The position numbers and the translations under genes are program-made. From positions 1 to 32,210 of the forward strand of contig CAYWXC010000001.1 in NCBI GenBank assembly GCA_964462345.1: a stretch of 32,210 nt of DNA, given 5' to 3'. The DNA is from Candidatus Micrarchaeota archaeon (GTDB lineage Archaea > Micrarchaeota > Micrarchaeia > Micrarchaeales > CABMGC01). The notes under the pieces are model-generated. The model worked only from the letters and a program-made list of their open reading frames with translations, ran no database searches and was not told the DNA's origin. Position 1 is the first letter of the stretch. The number at the start of each line of letters is the position of its first letter. Below are positions 17,237 to 25,635 of the stretch, one piece after another.

Positions 17237-18373
17237 ATGATGCAGCGTAGTGACGAGGAAGAGAAGAAGATTTTGACTGTCTTGAGCATGAATAGCAGAG
17301 CATCTCTCAAGTTTATAGGAAACCAGATAGAGCTGAGCAAGCATCCAACATTCAGGAAAGTTAAAAAGATCGAAGCAAAATACAAGATCAAGCACCTTGC
17401 TGAGATAGACACAAAGCAGCTTGGCTTCTTCAGATTCCTGATTCTCGTAAGGTTCACTGGCAAAGCGCCTTCATCAAGTGATATCGAGGCTGCCGCTAAA
17501 AAGGAACCTAGAATACAGCTTTGCTTGGCATTGAACGGCGGTGAGTTCAACCTTCTTTTTTATGTATTGGCAGAAAACGATGAGATTATCAGCAAGATAA
17601 GGCTTAATCTCATAAGAGATCCTAAATTGATAGAGTATCCTGCAGAATGGTATGTTAGTCCATTCGATGAAACATACAATTTTGTACCACTTAGGGACGA
17701 GTTCATAGATGTGCTTAAGGAAAGGATAATGAAGAGGTCCGAAATAAGCAAGGCGCAAGAGCTTGCAGGTAAACGAAGCCAGATCTTGATGAGGGAATTC
17801 GCAGTTCTTAAGGAAATAAACAAGGATGCAAACATTGAGCTTAGTGCGATAGATAAAAAATACGGGTTCGATAAAGGAAGATCCCAATACTCCTACTATA
17901 AACTACTAGAAGAGGGACTTCTAAAGCGAACGACAATATCTATGCAGGGCCTTCCAATCAAATACGTTGGGCTCTTCATAGGAAAGATTATCAATTACAA
18001 AGAATTTGAGAAAAAGCGTCCGCAGCTTCTACATTACATAATAGATGACGCTTCTACTCCTAACAACAAATTTGCGCTTACAGGAGATATAACAACTCCA
18101 TTCAGCGCAATGTTATTTATGCCATCCATACGCAATGGAGATCTGGAAGAGATGGGTGAGAAGCTGAGAGAACTTCCAGGAATAGAGTTCACTACTCTCA
18201 TAATAACAAAGATAATACTCGGAAGTTTCTGCTATAGGAACTTTGATAATGCATATTCCTTACAGAAAGAGGTCCTGATAAGCCGTTATGGTGAAAAGAG
18301 GTCCAAAAAGACTGAGTACTCTGAGAAACATTTGGAAAAGAAAGAGTTCATAATCGAGCTTCCCAAAGCTTGA
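17237..18373 (+). CDS. Tandem (duplicated) Lrp/AsnC-like transcription regulator
   Basis: 378 aa. The first half has EEEKKILTVLSMNSRASLKFIGNQIELSKHPTFRKVKKIEAKYKI (wHTH) followed by an ACT-like region (FRFLILVRF...GEFNLLFYVLAENDEI). The second half repeats the layout (REFAVLKEINKDANIELSAIDKKYGFDKGRSQYSYYKLLEEGLL...YVGLFIGKI...). Confidence 0.55.
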   Translation: MMQRSDEEEKKILTVLSMNSRASLKFIGNQIELSKHPTFRKVKKIEAKYKIKHLAEIDTKQLGFFRFLILVRFTGKAPSSSDIEAAAKKEPRIQLCLALNGGEFNLLFYVLAENDEIISKIRLNLIRDPKLIEYPAEWYVSPFDETYNFVPLRDEFIDVLKERIMKRSEISKAQELAGKRSQILMREFAVLKEINKDANIELSAIDKKYGFDKGRSQYSYYKLLEEGLLKRTTISMQGLPIKYVGLFIGKIINYKEFEKKRPQLLHYIIDDASTPNNKFALTGDITTPFSAMLFMPSIRNGDLEEMGEKLRELPGIEFTTLIITKIILGSFCYRNFDNAYSLQKEVLISRYGEKRSKKTEYSEKHLEKKEFIIELPKA

Positions 18374-18506
18374 ATATGACAAATAAATAGAACCTTTACC
18401 GAATTCCATGCCCAATCAATAATTTCCTGTATACATACAAATCCCTATAAACTTTTAGCAAAGCAAGTATTAAAAATCCTTCTTCCAAATTAATTTATTG
18501 TAATTA

Positions 18507-19040
18507 ATGGGGAGGTTTATGGGAAGAATAAGAGTATTGAAAGAAAGGGATCTCGAGGCCATTAACAAGATATATGATGAAGGCTATGCTGAAGCAGGAA
18601 GGGATCCTCTGTTTGGAGATTACGTTAAACTGAAAAAGCCTACAAAAAAGGAAAAGGAAGAAGTAAGCCAAAGGATAATGTCTGATGTGCGCAAGAAAAA
18701 CTGCATCTTTATTGTCGCAGAAGAGGATGGTGGTGTGGTTGGTTTCGCATTTGTGAAGAAGCGCGATATGCCTGACTCTGAACTATCTCATGTTGGGGTG
18801 TTGGGAGTGCGCGTATCAAAGGACTGGAGGGGCAATGGGATAGGAACACAGCTAATAAAGGAAGCACTCAAACTATCTGAAAGAAAATTTGAGATAGTGG
18901 AAGCGTCTGTCCTGGGATTCAATGACGGGGCAAAACGCCTTTATAAGCGCTTTGGCTTTAAAAGATGGGGAACAGCTCCAAGGTTTATGAAACGCGGAAG
19001 AAGGCATGTGGATATGGAATACCTTTATCTTGATTTATGA
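18507..19040 (+). CDS. GNAT family N-acetyltransferase
   Basis: 177 aa. Acetyl-CoA motif A in VLGVRVSKDWRGNGIGTQLIKEAL, then the NDGAKRLYKRFGFK motif B. The ATG at 18537 is an alternative start. Confidence 0.85.
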   Translation: MGRFMGRIRVLKERDLEAINKIYDEGYAEAGRDPLFGDYVKLKKPTKKEKEEVSQRIMSDVRKKNCIFIVAEEDGGVVGFAFVKKRDMPDSELSHVGVLGVRVSKDWRGNGIGTQLIKEALKLSERKFEIVEASVLGFNDGAKRLYKRFGFKRWGTAPRFMKRGRRHVDMEYLYLDL

Positions 19041-19394
19041 CCCTTCTTTCAGTTTCTTTTCAACAACTTCCCTGAGGACAATTGCGTTGTTATGCTCTTC
19101 ATCATTAGATGAGTAAACAAAAGTAACATCCGACTCCTTAACTATATTGACAAGTTTCGTAAGAAGGCTGTTCGACTCAAGCTCTTTCTTATACTTTTTT
19201 TCAAACTCCGGCCATTTTTTGATATCGTGCGCAAACCACGTCCTCAGCTTGTCGCTTGGCGCTATCTCCTTCATCCAAATATCAATGTTTGCAGTGCTCC
19301 TCTTCACTCCCCGAGGCCAAAGCCTATCAACAAGAATCCTTCTACCATCTGTAATCTCTGTCCTATCATAAATCCTCTTAATGCCGAGGAGCAT
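19035..19394 (-). CDS. DUF488 family protein
   Basis: 119 aa. IKRIYD...ILVDRLWPRGV...WMKEIAPS..LR.WF is the hallmark DUF488 (YeaO-like) pattern. Confidence 0.8.
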   Translation of the reverse strand: MLLGIKRIYDRTEITDGRRILVDRLWPRGVKRSTANIDIWMKEIAPSDKLRTWFAHDIKKWPEFEKKYKKELESNSLLTKLVNIVKESDVTFVYSSNDEEHNNAIVLREVVEKKLKEGS

Positions 19395-19476
19395 AAAAGC
19401 ACCAATCTATCATATGCTGCATATCTTTAAAAAGTTTACCTCGAAAAATCCATAATTCTGGAAAAACACCCAAATA

Positions 19477-19884
19477 TTAGATGCCATCCCTCCTCATTGC
19501 TTCAAGATTCGCTCTGGCTACTGATGTCCCTGAACTCTCATAAATGCGTCTAACTTTTTCAAGAATGCGCCTTCCCTCTCTGTGTCCCATGCTTAACAGG
19601 AGCAATCCGCTGGATCGGTACCATATTGCCCCAAGAAGAGGAAATCCCTCTGTATCATTTTTCTTCCCTTCACGATACTCCAGGAATGCGGCAGAAAGGC
19701 GCAGTCTTCTTGCATCTCTGAGAAGGCCTAACTGATCCAATGTTACTGCTGCGTCAAGCATCTTAAACGCCGCCTCCCCAAACTTCCGATCTCTTCTTGC
19801 ATTGATAGCCAAATCCTGCAGAGCATTGGCCCTTCTTATCTTTATCTCGCGTTCAACGCCACCCATGCAATCACTCAAATGCAA
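19477..19884 (-). CDS. Arg-rich helical protein, unknown function
   Basis: 135 aa. The start overlaps the upstream pentapeptide-repeat gene by 14 nt, which suggests translational coupling. No motif recognised. Confidence 0.5.
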   Translation of the reverse strand: MHLSDCMGGVEREIKIRRANALQDLAINARRDRKFGEAAFKMLDAAVTLDQLGLLRDARRLRLSAAFLEYREGKKNDTEGFPLLGAIWYRSSGLLLLSMGHREGRRILEKVRRIYESSGTSVARANLEAMRRDGI

Positions 19885-20455
19885 GAGAACCCATTAACAT
19901 TAATCCTTTCATCACAACCACAGCCTGTCTTGGAGCTGCCTTAGTCTTGAAAAATACTGCAGACTCGACCCCAGAAAGACCTCTCATGTTGACCCCTCTG
20001 ATATCACTGAATGTGAATGTCGATCCTGCAATATTAGAGAAGGAAAGATCAGACCCTCTAAGAGAAATTCCTGCGAAGTCAAGATCTATCAATGGCATAA
20101 ATGTAAGGTCCAGATTCTCGAGATTGTCCTTCCTTGCGGCCCTTCTTAGAACTTCCTCAAAGCTTATCTTGCTGAGTGTATTTCTTTCATCAACCCATTT
20201 CTCATCAATCTCTAGTGCACGCTCTCTGTATGCACTCATCGCTGCCTTAATTTTTCTCTTCTGATCGCCTCTCGCAACTACCTTAAACAAGAAGGCATGC
20301 TCTGCTCCAATAAGCTCCTGATTTATTCCTCGAATATCTGAAAAAATAAGTTTAGATCCACTTAAACTCACGAAGCTATAGCTCTCCCCAGCAATTCTTG
20401 TTTCTAAACTTCCAGTTTTATCCGCGCTGACCTTCATTGCCTGCACCCGCAACAT
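19871..20455 (-). CDS. Pentapeptide-repeat protein
   Basis: 194 aa. C-terminal LDLTFMPLIDLDFAGISLRGSDLSFSNIAGSTFTFSDIRGVNMRGLSG fits A(D/N)LxX-type repeats. A shorter block lies near the N-terminus (FVSLSGSKLIFSDIRGIN). Confidence 0.6.
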   Translation of the reverse strand: MLRVQAMKVSADKTGSLETRIAGESYSFVSLSGSKLIFSDIRGINQELIGAEHAFLFKVVARGDQKRKIKAAMSAYRERALEIDEKWVDERNTLSKISFEEVLRRAARKDNLENLDLTFMPLIDLDFAGISLRGSDLSFSNIAGSTFTFSDIRGVNMRGLSGVESAVFFKTKAAPRQAVVVMKGLMLMGSLAFE

Positions 20456-20702
20456 GAATCAAGATTAAGCAGTTTTGGCATTATTTGAAGAATCATTTCA
20501 ATCTCTAAATGTTTTATCTTGACTTTCTGAGTCCCATAAAATCCCGATGGAAAGCGAAGACAAATATCTCCACCGCTCCTTTCAAGCTTATATTTTATCT
20601 GAGATTTCCATCTTTATTAACGCCAACAGATTATATCTATCCATCCTCTATCATTAATTATCTGCTTAAAAACTTTTATATCTTATGTTTAACTTACTAG
20701 TA

Positions 20703-21305
20703 TAGGGAGTTGACATCTACATTCAATCACCTCGTCAATACCAAAACTCTCACATCACGTATCTTATCACATATGCGAGAAGACAAGAAAATACATAGAT
20801 TGAAACCCTTTTCAGACCCACAAACCTGTTCTTTGCCATTCCAAAGACCTCTTTGAGTCTTGAGAAAATACGTTCTATTGCCCACCTCTTCCCGTAATCT
20901 GGATCTTTTGGCGTTTCTGATTTTCTCCACCGCCTTCCGTTTCTGGATATGAGAGGAACTATTCCGCATCCCCTACATTCTTCTTTTATGTCAGCAGAAT
21001 CATATGCAGAGTCTGCAAGATACTTTGCATGGTAGCTGAAAGCAAATGTCTCCCCAACATACCCAAAAATTTTTGCAAACAGTGTCTTGTTATGTTTGCA
21101 GGTTCTATAGAGAACCCTAAAGGTATTTCGTGCTCAACCTCTGCCATTATGTGTATCTTGTATCCGAATCCGAGGACCTTTGCCTTTTCCTTGAAATCTT
21201 CCTGTTCCCTTTTTGACGGTGTTCTGTGTTCTCACCTTGCGGTCATTGCCGCTAGGTCGGAGGAATTAACATAGTAGTTCTTATCTAAAAGGGCGTTATT
21301 TTCAA
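20703..21305 (-). mobile_element. 5'-truncated, decayed IS4/IS5-superfamily element (transposase relic plus one terminal repeat)
   Basis: Hand translation of the minus strand gives ...NSSDLAAMTAR*EHRTPSKREQ..KVLGFGYKIHIMAEVEHEIPLGFSIEPANI, then a frameshift, then DKTLFAKIFGYVGETFAFSYHAKYLADSAYDS...DYGKRWAIERIFSRLKEVFG...YVIRYVM*. It carries the Y-2-R-3-E-6-K signature. The terminal 36 nt (20703-20738) match the end of the element at 25904-26965 at 33/36 positions, in inverted orientation. Confidence 0.7.
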
Positions 21306-21365
21306 TGGGTTTTTAACCAAAAGATTTAAATATCTTATTCTTCACTTATTTATTGCTGGTTTTAG

Positions 21366-21384
21366 AAAACTTTATAAAAGTTTT
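21366..21384 (+). promoter_or_regulatory. Palindromic TATA region upstream of tfb
   Basis: AAAACTTTATAAAAGTTTT is a perfect 19-bp palindrome centred on the TATA-like TTTATAAAA, ~54 nt upstream of the ATG. A GGTGGT Shine-Dalgarno-like element lies at 21418-21423. Confidence 0.4.
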
Positions 21385-21428
21385 TACAGAAAAGCGCAAT
21401 CATATTTAAAATTCAATGGTGGTTAAGA

Positions 21429-22439
21429 ATGGCAGACAAGAAGATTAAAAAACATGCCAAGAGAGTTTTGGGCGAAGGTCAATTTGAGGAAGATCAGAGA
21501 GGCCAAAGAGGAGCACAGCCATCCCCAACAGAGAATGTAAGACGATGTCCTAGCTGTAAGAGCCTTGATATAATATTTGATAATGAAAGAGGAGAGTACA
21601 TATGCAACAGTTGTGGTCTTGTAATAGAAGAGAATATAGTAGATTCAGGACCAGAGTGGAGAGCATTTGATTCTGACCAGAGAAATGCAAGAGCAAGAAC
21701 TGGTGCTCCGATAAAATACACAAAGCCAAACAGAGGGCTTGTGACAGAAATTGATATGTATAACAAGGATATCAGAGGAACGAAGCTGCCATCGAAGAGG
21801 CAGGCACAGCTCTACAGAATGAGAAAATGGCACAAGAGAGCAAGCATAGCAAACTCCAGCGAGAGAAACTATCTTGTAGCATTGCCAGAATTGAACAGAG
21901 TAGCAAGTTATCTTGGTTTGCCAGACAATATCAGAGAACAGGCTGCGCTTCTTTATAGACAGTGTGTAAAGAATAACCTTATCAGAGGCAGACCTATCGA
22001 GACAGTAGTAAACGCTGCATTGTACGCAACATGCAGGAGTGCAGGAATGCCCAGAACACTTGATGAGATATCTTCAATATCAAACGTTCCGAAGAAAGAG
22101 GTTGGTAGGACATACAGAGTAATAACACACGAACTAGGACTGAAGATACCACTCACAGACCCATCAGCATATGTGCCAAGGTACATAGCTGCATTGAAGC
22201 TCAGCGGAGATGCGCAGGAAAAAGCGTCCGTGCTTCTTAAGCAGGCAATGAAGAAAGGCCTTGTAAGCGGAAGGAGTCCGACAGGAGTATCTGCTGCTGC
22301 AGTTTACATTGCAGGAGCCTTGGTTGGTGAGAGAAGAACCCAGAAAGAAGTGGCGGATGTGGCAGGAGTCACAGAAGTCACTATCAGAAATAGATATAGA
22401 GAGCTTAAGAAAGAACTTGAGCTTGACGTGAATCTCTGA
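21429..22439 (+). CDS. tfb: Transcription initiation factor IIB (TFB)
   Basis: 336 aa. Zn-ribbon CPSCKS...CNSCG, a B-reader/linker region (GPEWRAF...), and two cyclin-fold repeats. The C-terminal HTH reads QKEVADVAGVTEVTIRNRYREL. Confidence 0.93.
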   Translation: MADKKIKKHAKRVLGEGQFEEDQRGQRGAQPSPTENVRRCPSCKSLDIIFDNERGEYICNSCGLVIEENIVDSGPEWRAFDSDQRNARARTGAPIKYTKPNRGLVTEIDMYNKDIRGTKLPSKRQAQLYRMRKWHKRASIANSSERNYLVALPELNRVASYLGLPDNIREQAALLYRQCVKNNLIRGRPIETVVNAALYATCRSAGMPRTLDEISSISNVPKKEVGRTYRVITHELGLKIPLTDPSAYVPRYIAALKLSGDAQEKASVLLKQAMKKGLVSGRSPTGVSAAAVYIAGALVGERRTQKEVADVAGVTEVTIRNRYRELKKELELDVNL

Positions 22440-22452
22440 TTAGAGGGAGAAG

Positions 22453-22896
22453 ATGGATAAGAGGGTTTTTATCTCCCTTTTCTTCCTTATTTCTATTCCT
22501 TTTGCAGCGCATGCCATTAATTCTGGCATATCTGCGAACAACTATACATTCCATGATGCTAATTCAATAATAAATAGCACTGAGCAGTACATACACCAGA
22601 TTAACGAGAGCGGCTATCTATTTATCAATCCAGATTTAAGTTCTGCTTACAGTTATCTTGACAAGGCAAAGGCTATAGCCCACTATTCACCAGTAGCGGC
22701 AATATCCTATGCAAATCAGGCAGAAGATTCTGCTGCATCTGCATACGCATACATACGATCTTTTTATGAATACGCGCTATTAGGAATAACATTGTTTACT
22801 TTAGCCATGGCTGTGCTTCTTTACAGATTCATGAAGCCAGTAAATACCACTAAAGACATTAAACGAAGAAAGTCTGCTAAGAAGAAAACTAGATAA
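22453..22896 (+). CDS. Secreted, C-terminally membrane-anchored protein, unknown function
   Basis: 147 aa. An N-terminal signal peptide (FISLFFLISIPFAAHA), a C-terminal TM helix (ALLGITLFTLAMAVLLYRF), and a basic tail (KRRKSAKKKTR). Confidence 0.5.
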   Translation: MDKRVFISLFFLISIPFAAHAINSGISANNYTFHDANSIINSTEQYIHQINESGYLFINPDLSSAYSYLDKAKAIAHYSPVAAISYANQAEDSAASAYAYIRSFYEYALLGITLFTLAMAVLLYRFMKPVNTTKDIKRRKSAKKKTR

Positions 22897-23893
22897 CCGC
22901 ACTCTCGGTAAGCTCAAAGCTTTGTTCTGCCATGTTTGCAGATATCCTTGCATTTATACCATAAGGAATGGTAAACATTGGCGTTGTATGTCCGAAATCC
23001 ATACCTGAAATAATAGGGAAGTCATATCCTTTTGTTGCCTCTATTATTATTTTATCAAGAGGGTAATTTTGGTCATCTGTTTTATACTCAAGGTCATTTG
23101 TTCTTCCAACAATCATGCCTTTAATCTCATCCAAGATTCCAAGCATCTTCATTTGGTGCAGGGATCGGTCTGTCAGTGCCGTTGTGCTTTCTGTATCCTC
23201 CCAGAATAATATCTTATCTGAGAAATCTGGAAGATACTCAGTTCCTGCCAAATCAAGAAATGTAAATATGTGACCTCCGACAAGCTTCCCTTCTGCGCTG
23301 CCCTCCTTTAGAGTCTTCCAAGCAGTAGCATAGAGCTTATCTTCTGGAATCTCAAGCTCCCTTAGAAATGTGAATCTGCTTGAAGGCATTATTTTTAATC
23401 GGTCATTTTTCTCGGTGAGCACCTTATTGAAGTAGTTCAAAGTGTATCCAGGATCTTCTCCGGGAAGTGCAAATCGCGTATTGAGGTTCGGACCATAAAA
23501 TGTTGCCAGCCCTGTTTTTGTGTGTATTGCGCAATGGAGGAAAGTTATGTCACTGAAGCCGCAGAATATTTTGGGGTTCTTTCGGATTATGTTGTAATCT
23601 ATGGAATCGAGTAGCTCGTTTGAATTATAACCACCTCTGGCTGTTATTATGGCCTTGATTTCCTTGTTTTCAAACATCTCCATCAGATCAGCAAGGCGTT
23701 CTTCTGAAGTGCCAGCTTTATGCCCAAGGTCCTTGTTATAATTTCTGCCAAAATGTACCTTGTAACCCATCGATTCAAGCTGTCTAACTTTGAGATTTAC
23801 AAGATCTAATCTGTTCTTTGTTAGGGGAGAAGCTGGAGTTATGACACCTATTGTATCTCCTTTCTTCAGAGATTCTGGCTTGATAACCTCCAT
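22889..23893 (-). CDS. Peptidase S66 family (LD-carboxypeptidase LdcA / MccF-like)
   Basis: 334 aa. GDTIGVITPASP, ARGGYNSNELL, the nucleophile context CGFSDITFLH, the Glu context ILFWEDTES...DRSLHQM, and the His context MDFGHTTPMFTIPYG. Confidence 0.85.
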   Translation of the reverse strand: MEVIKPESLKKGDTIGVITPASPLTKNRLDLVNLKVRQLESMGYKVHFGRNYNKDLGHKAGTSEERLADLMEMFENKEIKAIITARGGYNSNELLDSIDYNIIRKNPKIFCGFSDITFLHCAIHTKTGLATFYGPNLNTRFALPGEDPGYTLNYFNKVLTEKNDRLKIMPSSRFTFLRELEIPEDKLYATAWKTLKEGSAEGKLVGGHIFTFLDLAGTEYLPDFSDKILFWEDTESTTALTDRSLHQMKMLGILDEIKGMIVGRTNDLEYKTDDQNYPLDKIIIEATKGYDFPIISGMDFGHTTPMFTIPYGINARISANMAEQSFELTESAVI

Positions 23894-23932
23894 ACAAGAT
23901 CAATTTTTACATTAGATGGAACATCTAAAATA

Positions 23933-25216
23933 CTACCTGCGGATTATATCTCCATATGTAGCTTTGAATAAGCTTGCAGAGATGTTTTGCATTGCTTCTT
24001 CTAGGCTCTCAGTCTTTGATGTTGAAGCTACTTCCACACCATTCCTGTAGTCTTTTGCTGGCACGTACAGTGACATAGCACGCCTTAAGCGTTCATCTTC
24101 AGTCATGGCGCTGATCTTTTGGGATGGAAATATCTGAGATAATATAGAATATAGTATCTCGCTTTCCCGTACGCTATGCCATGCATTATTAAGATCGAAA
24201 ATGGGCATCAATATTCCAAGCTCTCTTTTAAGCGCGTTTTCAAGACCTTGCGCTTCTTCGGGAAAATATTTCTCAGTAGCCCCATATCTCTGTGTGAAGA
24301 TTACCTTATCAGATAATGCCAACGTGAAGAGAGCTAAAGGATATCCATATCTTGGAGTTAGAGTTGCCCTTACCGAATTATTTATGATATCTTCAGGAGT
24401 AATTAGCGCTCCTCCGTTTTGCTGAAAGCCTCTTTCTGCCATGCTCTTCCTAAGCAATGTGCTTCTACCGGATGAATCTATCACACGTATCTCTGGCACA
24501 ATGTACCCGTTTGCTAATAACTCCTTTAACACATCGCTATATAGCCCATTTATTGAATTTCCACCGCTTTCAGATACGATATTCCTTGATATTGCCCTAT
24601 GAAAATCTACAAGAGAAATTCCATTGCTTGAAGGACCCCTTGCAAAACCTGAAGGTAGATCATTCTCAAAGACACGCTCTATTCTCGCCTTAAGTCCGGC
24701 CTGAATTGGCTGAAGATGTTGCAAAGCTATTTGTACTCCTTCTTGCGGCTTTCCTACCCCTATGCTAAATACTCTTTCACCATTTGGTACTACTATTGTA
24801 AAATAAGATGATTTCTCAACGCTCAGGCAAGTCATATCATCAATAGTGTATGTTGCTATTGCGGCTCTGGAGGAATAACCTTCTTTATTAAGCATCTCTG
24901 AAAGGACATTTCCCACAAGCTGGAAAACAACATTCTCAAATCTAGGAGTCGCTATCTGCCGGGCATACAATATGCTAGTCTCGCCTGGCTTGATTAAGCC
25001 ATGATCAGCGGCTATTTCTTCAATCCTGTTTATAGTTAGTGGTATATTGCTCTGCTCTAGAAATCTGTCTGAAACTTCTGCAACTGCTCCGCTCCTTTTC
25101 AGCCTCAAAAGTGCTGCCATCTCACCGAATTCAGAGTAAAAATGTCTAGCCGCATGAGATCCATCTTTGAAACTAGACCTGGCTGGCTCTCTATTCAATC
25201 GCACATTAGCTGCCAT
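23933..25216 (-). CDS. Hypothetical protein (427 aa), no recognisable motif
   Basis: A long uninterrupted ORF, co-directional and tightly spaced with its neighbours: 11 nt from the upstream gene and 39 nt to the S66 peptidase gene. No P-loop, Rossmann or metal-binding signature was seen by eye. Confidence 0.6.
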   Translation of the reverse strand: MAANVRLNREPARSSFKDGSHAARHFYSEFGEMAALLRLKRSGAVAEVSDRFLEQSNIPLTINRIEEIAADHGLIKPGETSILYARQIATPRFENVVFQLVGNVLSEMLNKEGYSSRAAIATYTIDDMTCLSVEKSSYFTIVVPNGERVFSIGVGKPQEGVQIALQHLQPIQAGLKARIERVFENDLPSGFARGPSSNGISLVDFHRAISRNIVSESGGNSINGLYSDVLKELLANGYIVPEIRVIDSSGRSTLLRKSMAERGFQQNGGALITPEDIINNSVRATLTPRYGYPLALFTLALSDKVIFTQRYGATEKYFPEEAQGLENALKRELGILMPIFDLNNAWHSVRESEILYSILSQIFPSQKISAMTEDERLRRAMSLYVPAKDYRNGVEVASTSKTESLEEAMQNISASLFKATYGDIIRR

Positions 25217-25227
25217 GCAATCACGTA

Positions 25228-25635
25228 TTAAAATGAAAGTTTAGAGCCTCTGGCAGTACTGCCAAATGCACGAACTTTATCTAATTCGGCAGAAACTGCC
25301 GCGTCAAGATCTTTAATGCTACTCCCACTGTTTAATGCATTTTCTGCAGCGCTATTTCTTGCTTGTGAAGCAGCAGCGTTTGCAGATTCTGCAACTGCAG
25401 GGATACCAACATTATAAGTTGCTAGGCGTTCATACCATCTCGCAGCAGTACCAAAGAATACTGCAGAATTAAAGAGTTGGCCTTCGGCTTGCGCTTTTAT
25501 GGCCTTTGATATATATGACTCGGCCCTGTCTGCGATATTATTGTCAGAAATTATCTGAAACCCATTTCTATCTACTTTTATATATTCTCTTTCTTGAGCC
25601 TTTGGCTCTTTTAAAATAATACCCATATAAATCAC
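25228..25635 (-). CDS. Hypothetical small helical protein with an Ala/Ser-rich C-terminal half
   Basis: 135 aa, first gene of the 25635-22889 minus-strand unit. An alternative start is the ATG three codons in (MGIILKE...). Confidence 0.5.
   Translation of the reverse strand: MIYMGIILKEPKAQEREYIKVDRNGFQIISDNNIADRAESYISKAIKAQAEGQLFNSAVFFGTAARWYERLATYNVGIPAVAESANAAASQARNSAAENALNSGSSIKDLDAAVSAELDKVRAFGSTARGSKLSF

Noticed and set aside
16998-17550. Minus-strand ORFs (101, 88 and 112 aa) spanning the rps3ae/Lrp intergenic region and the start of the Lrp-like gene
   Set aside because: They overlap one another and the plus-strand regulator gene. They have no motifs and run through the hairpin and AT-rich promoter DNA. 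The region is better explained as non-coding.
20727-20969. 80-aa ORF from the track inside the IS relic
   Set aside because: It is the wrong reading frame of the transposase remnant. The frame giving DYGKRWAIERIFSRLKEVFG... is the homologous one.
22453-22896. The 147-aa secreted protein as a substrate of the archaeosortase-like enzyme
   Set aside because: It has a signal peptide, a C-terminal TM helix and a basic tail. It lacks a PGF/PEF-like motif before the helix, and it lies 15 kb away from the enzyme gene. The link is unsupported.
19477-25635. Possible paralogy of the two 135-aa ORFs (19477-19884 and 25228-25635), each in a small orphan operon
   Set aside because: The identical length appears coincidental. 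I could not align the sequences: one is Arg-rich, and the other is Ala/Ser-rich in its C-terminal half.
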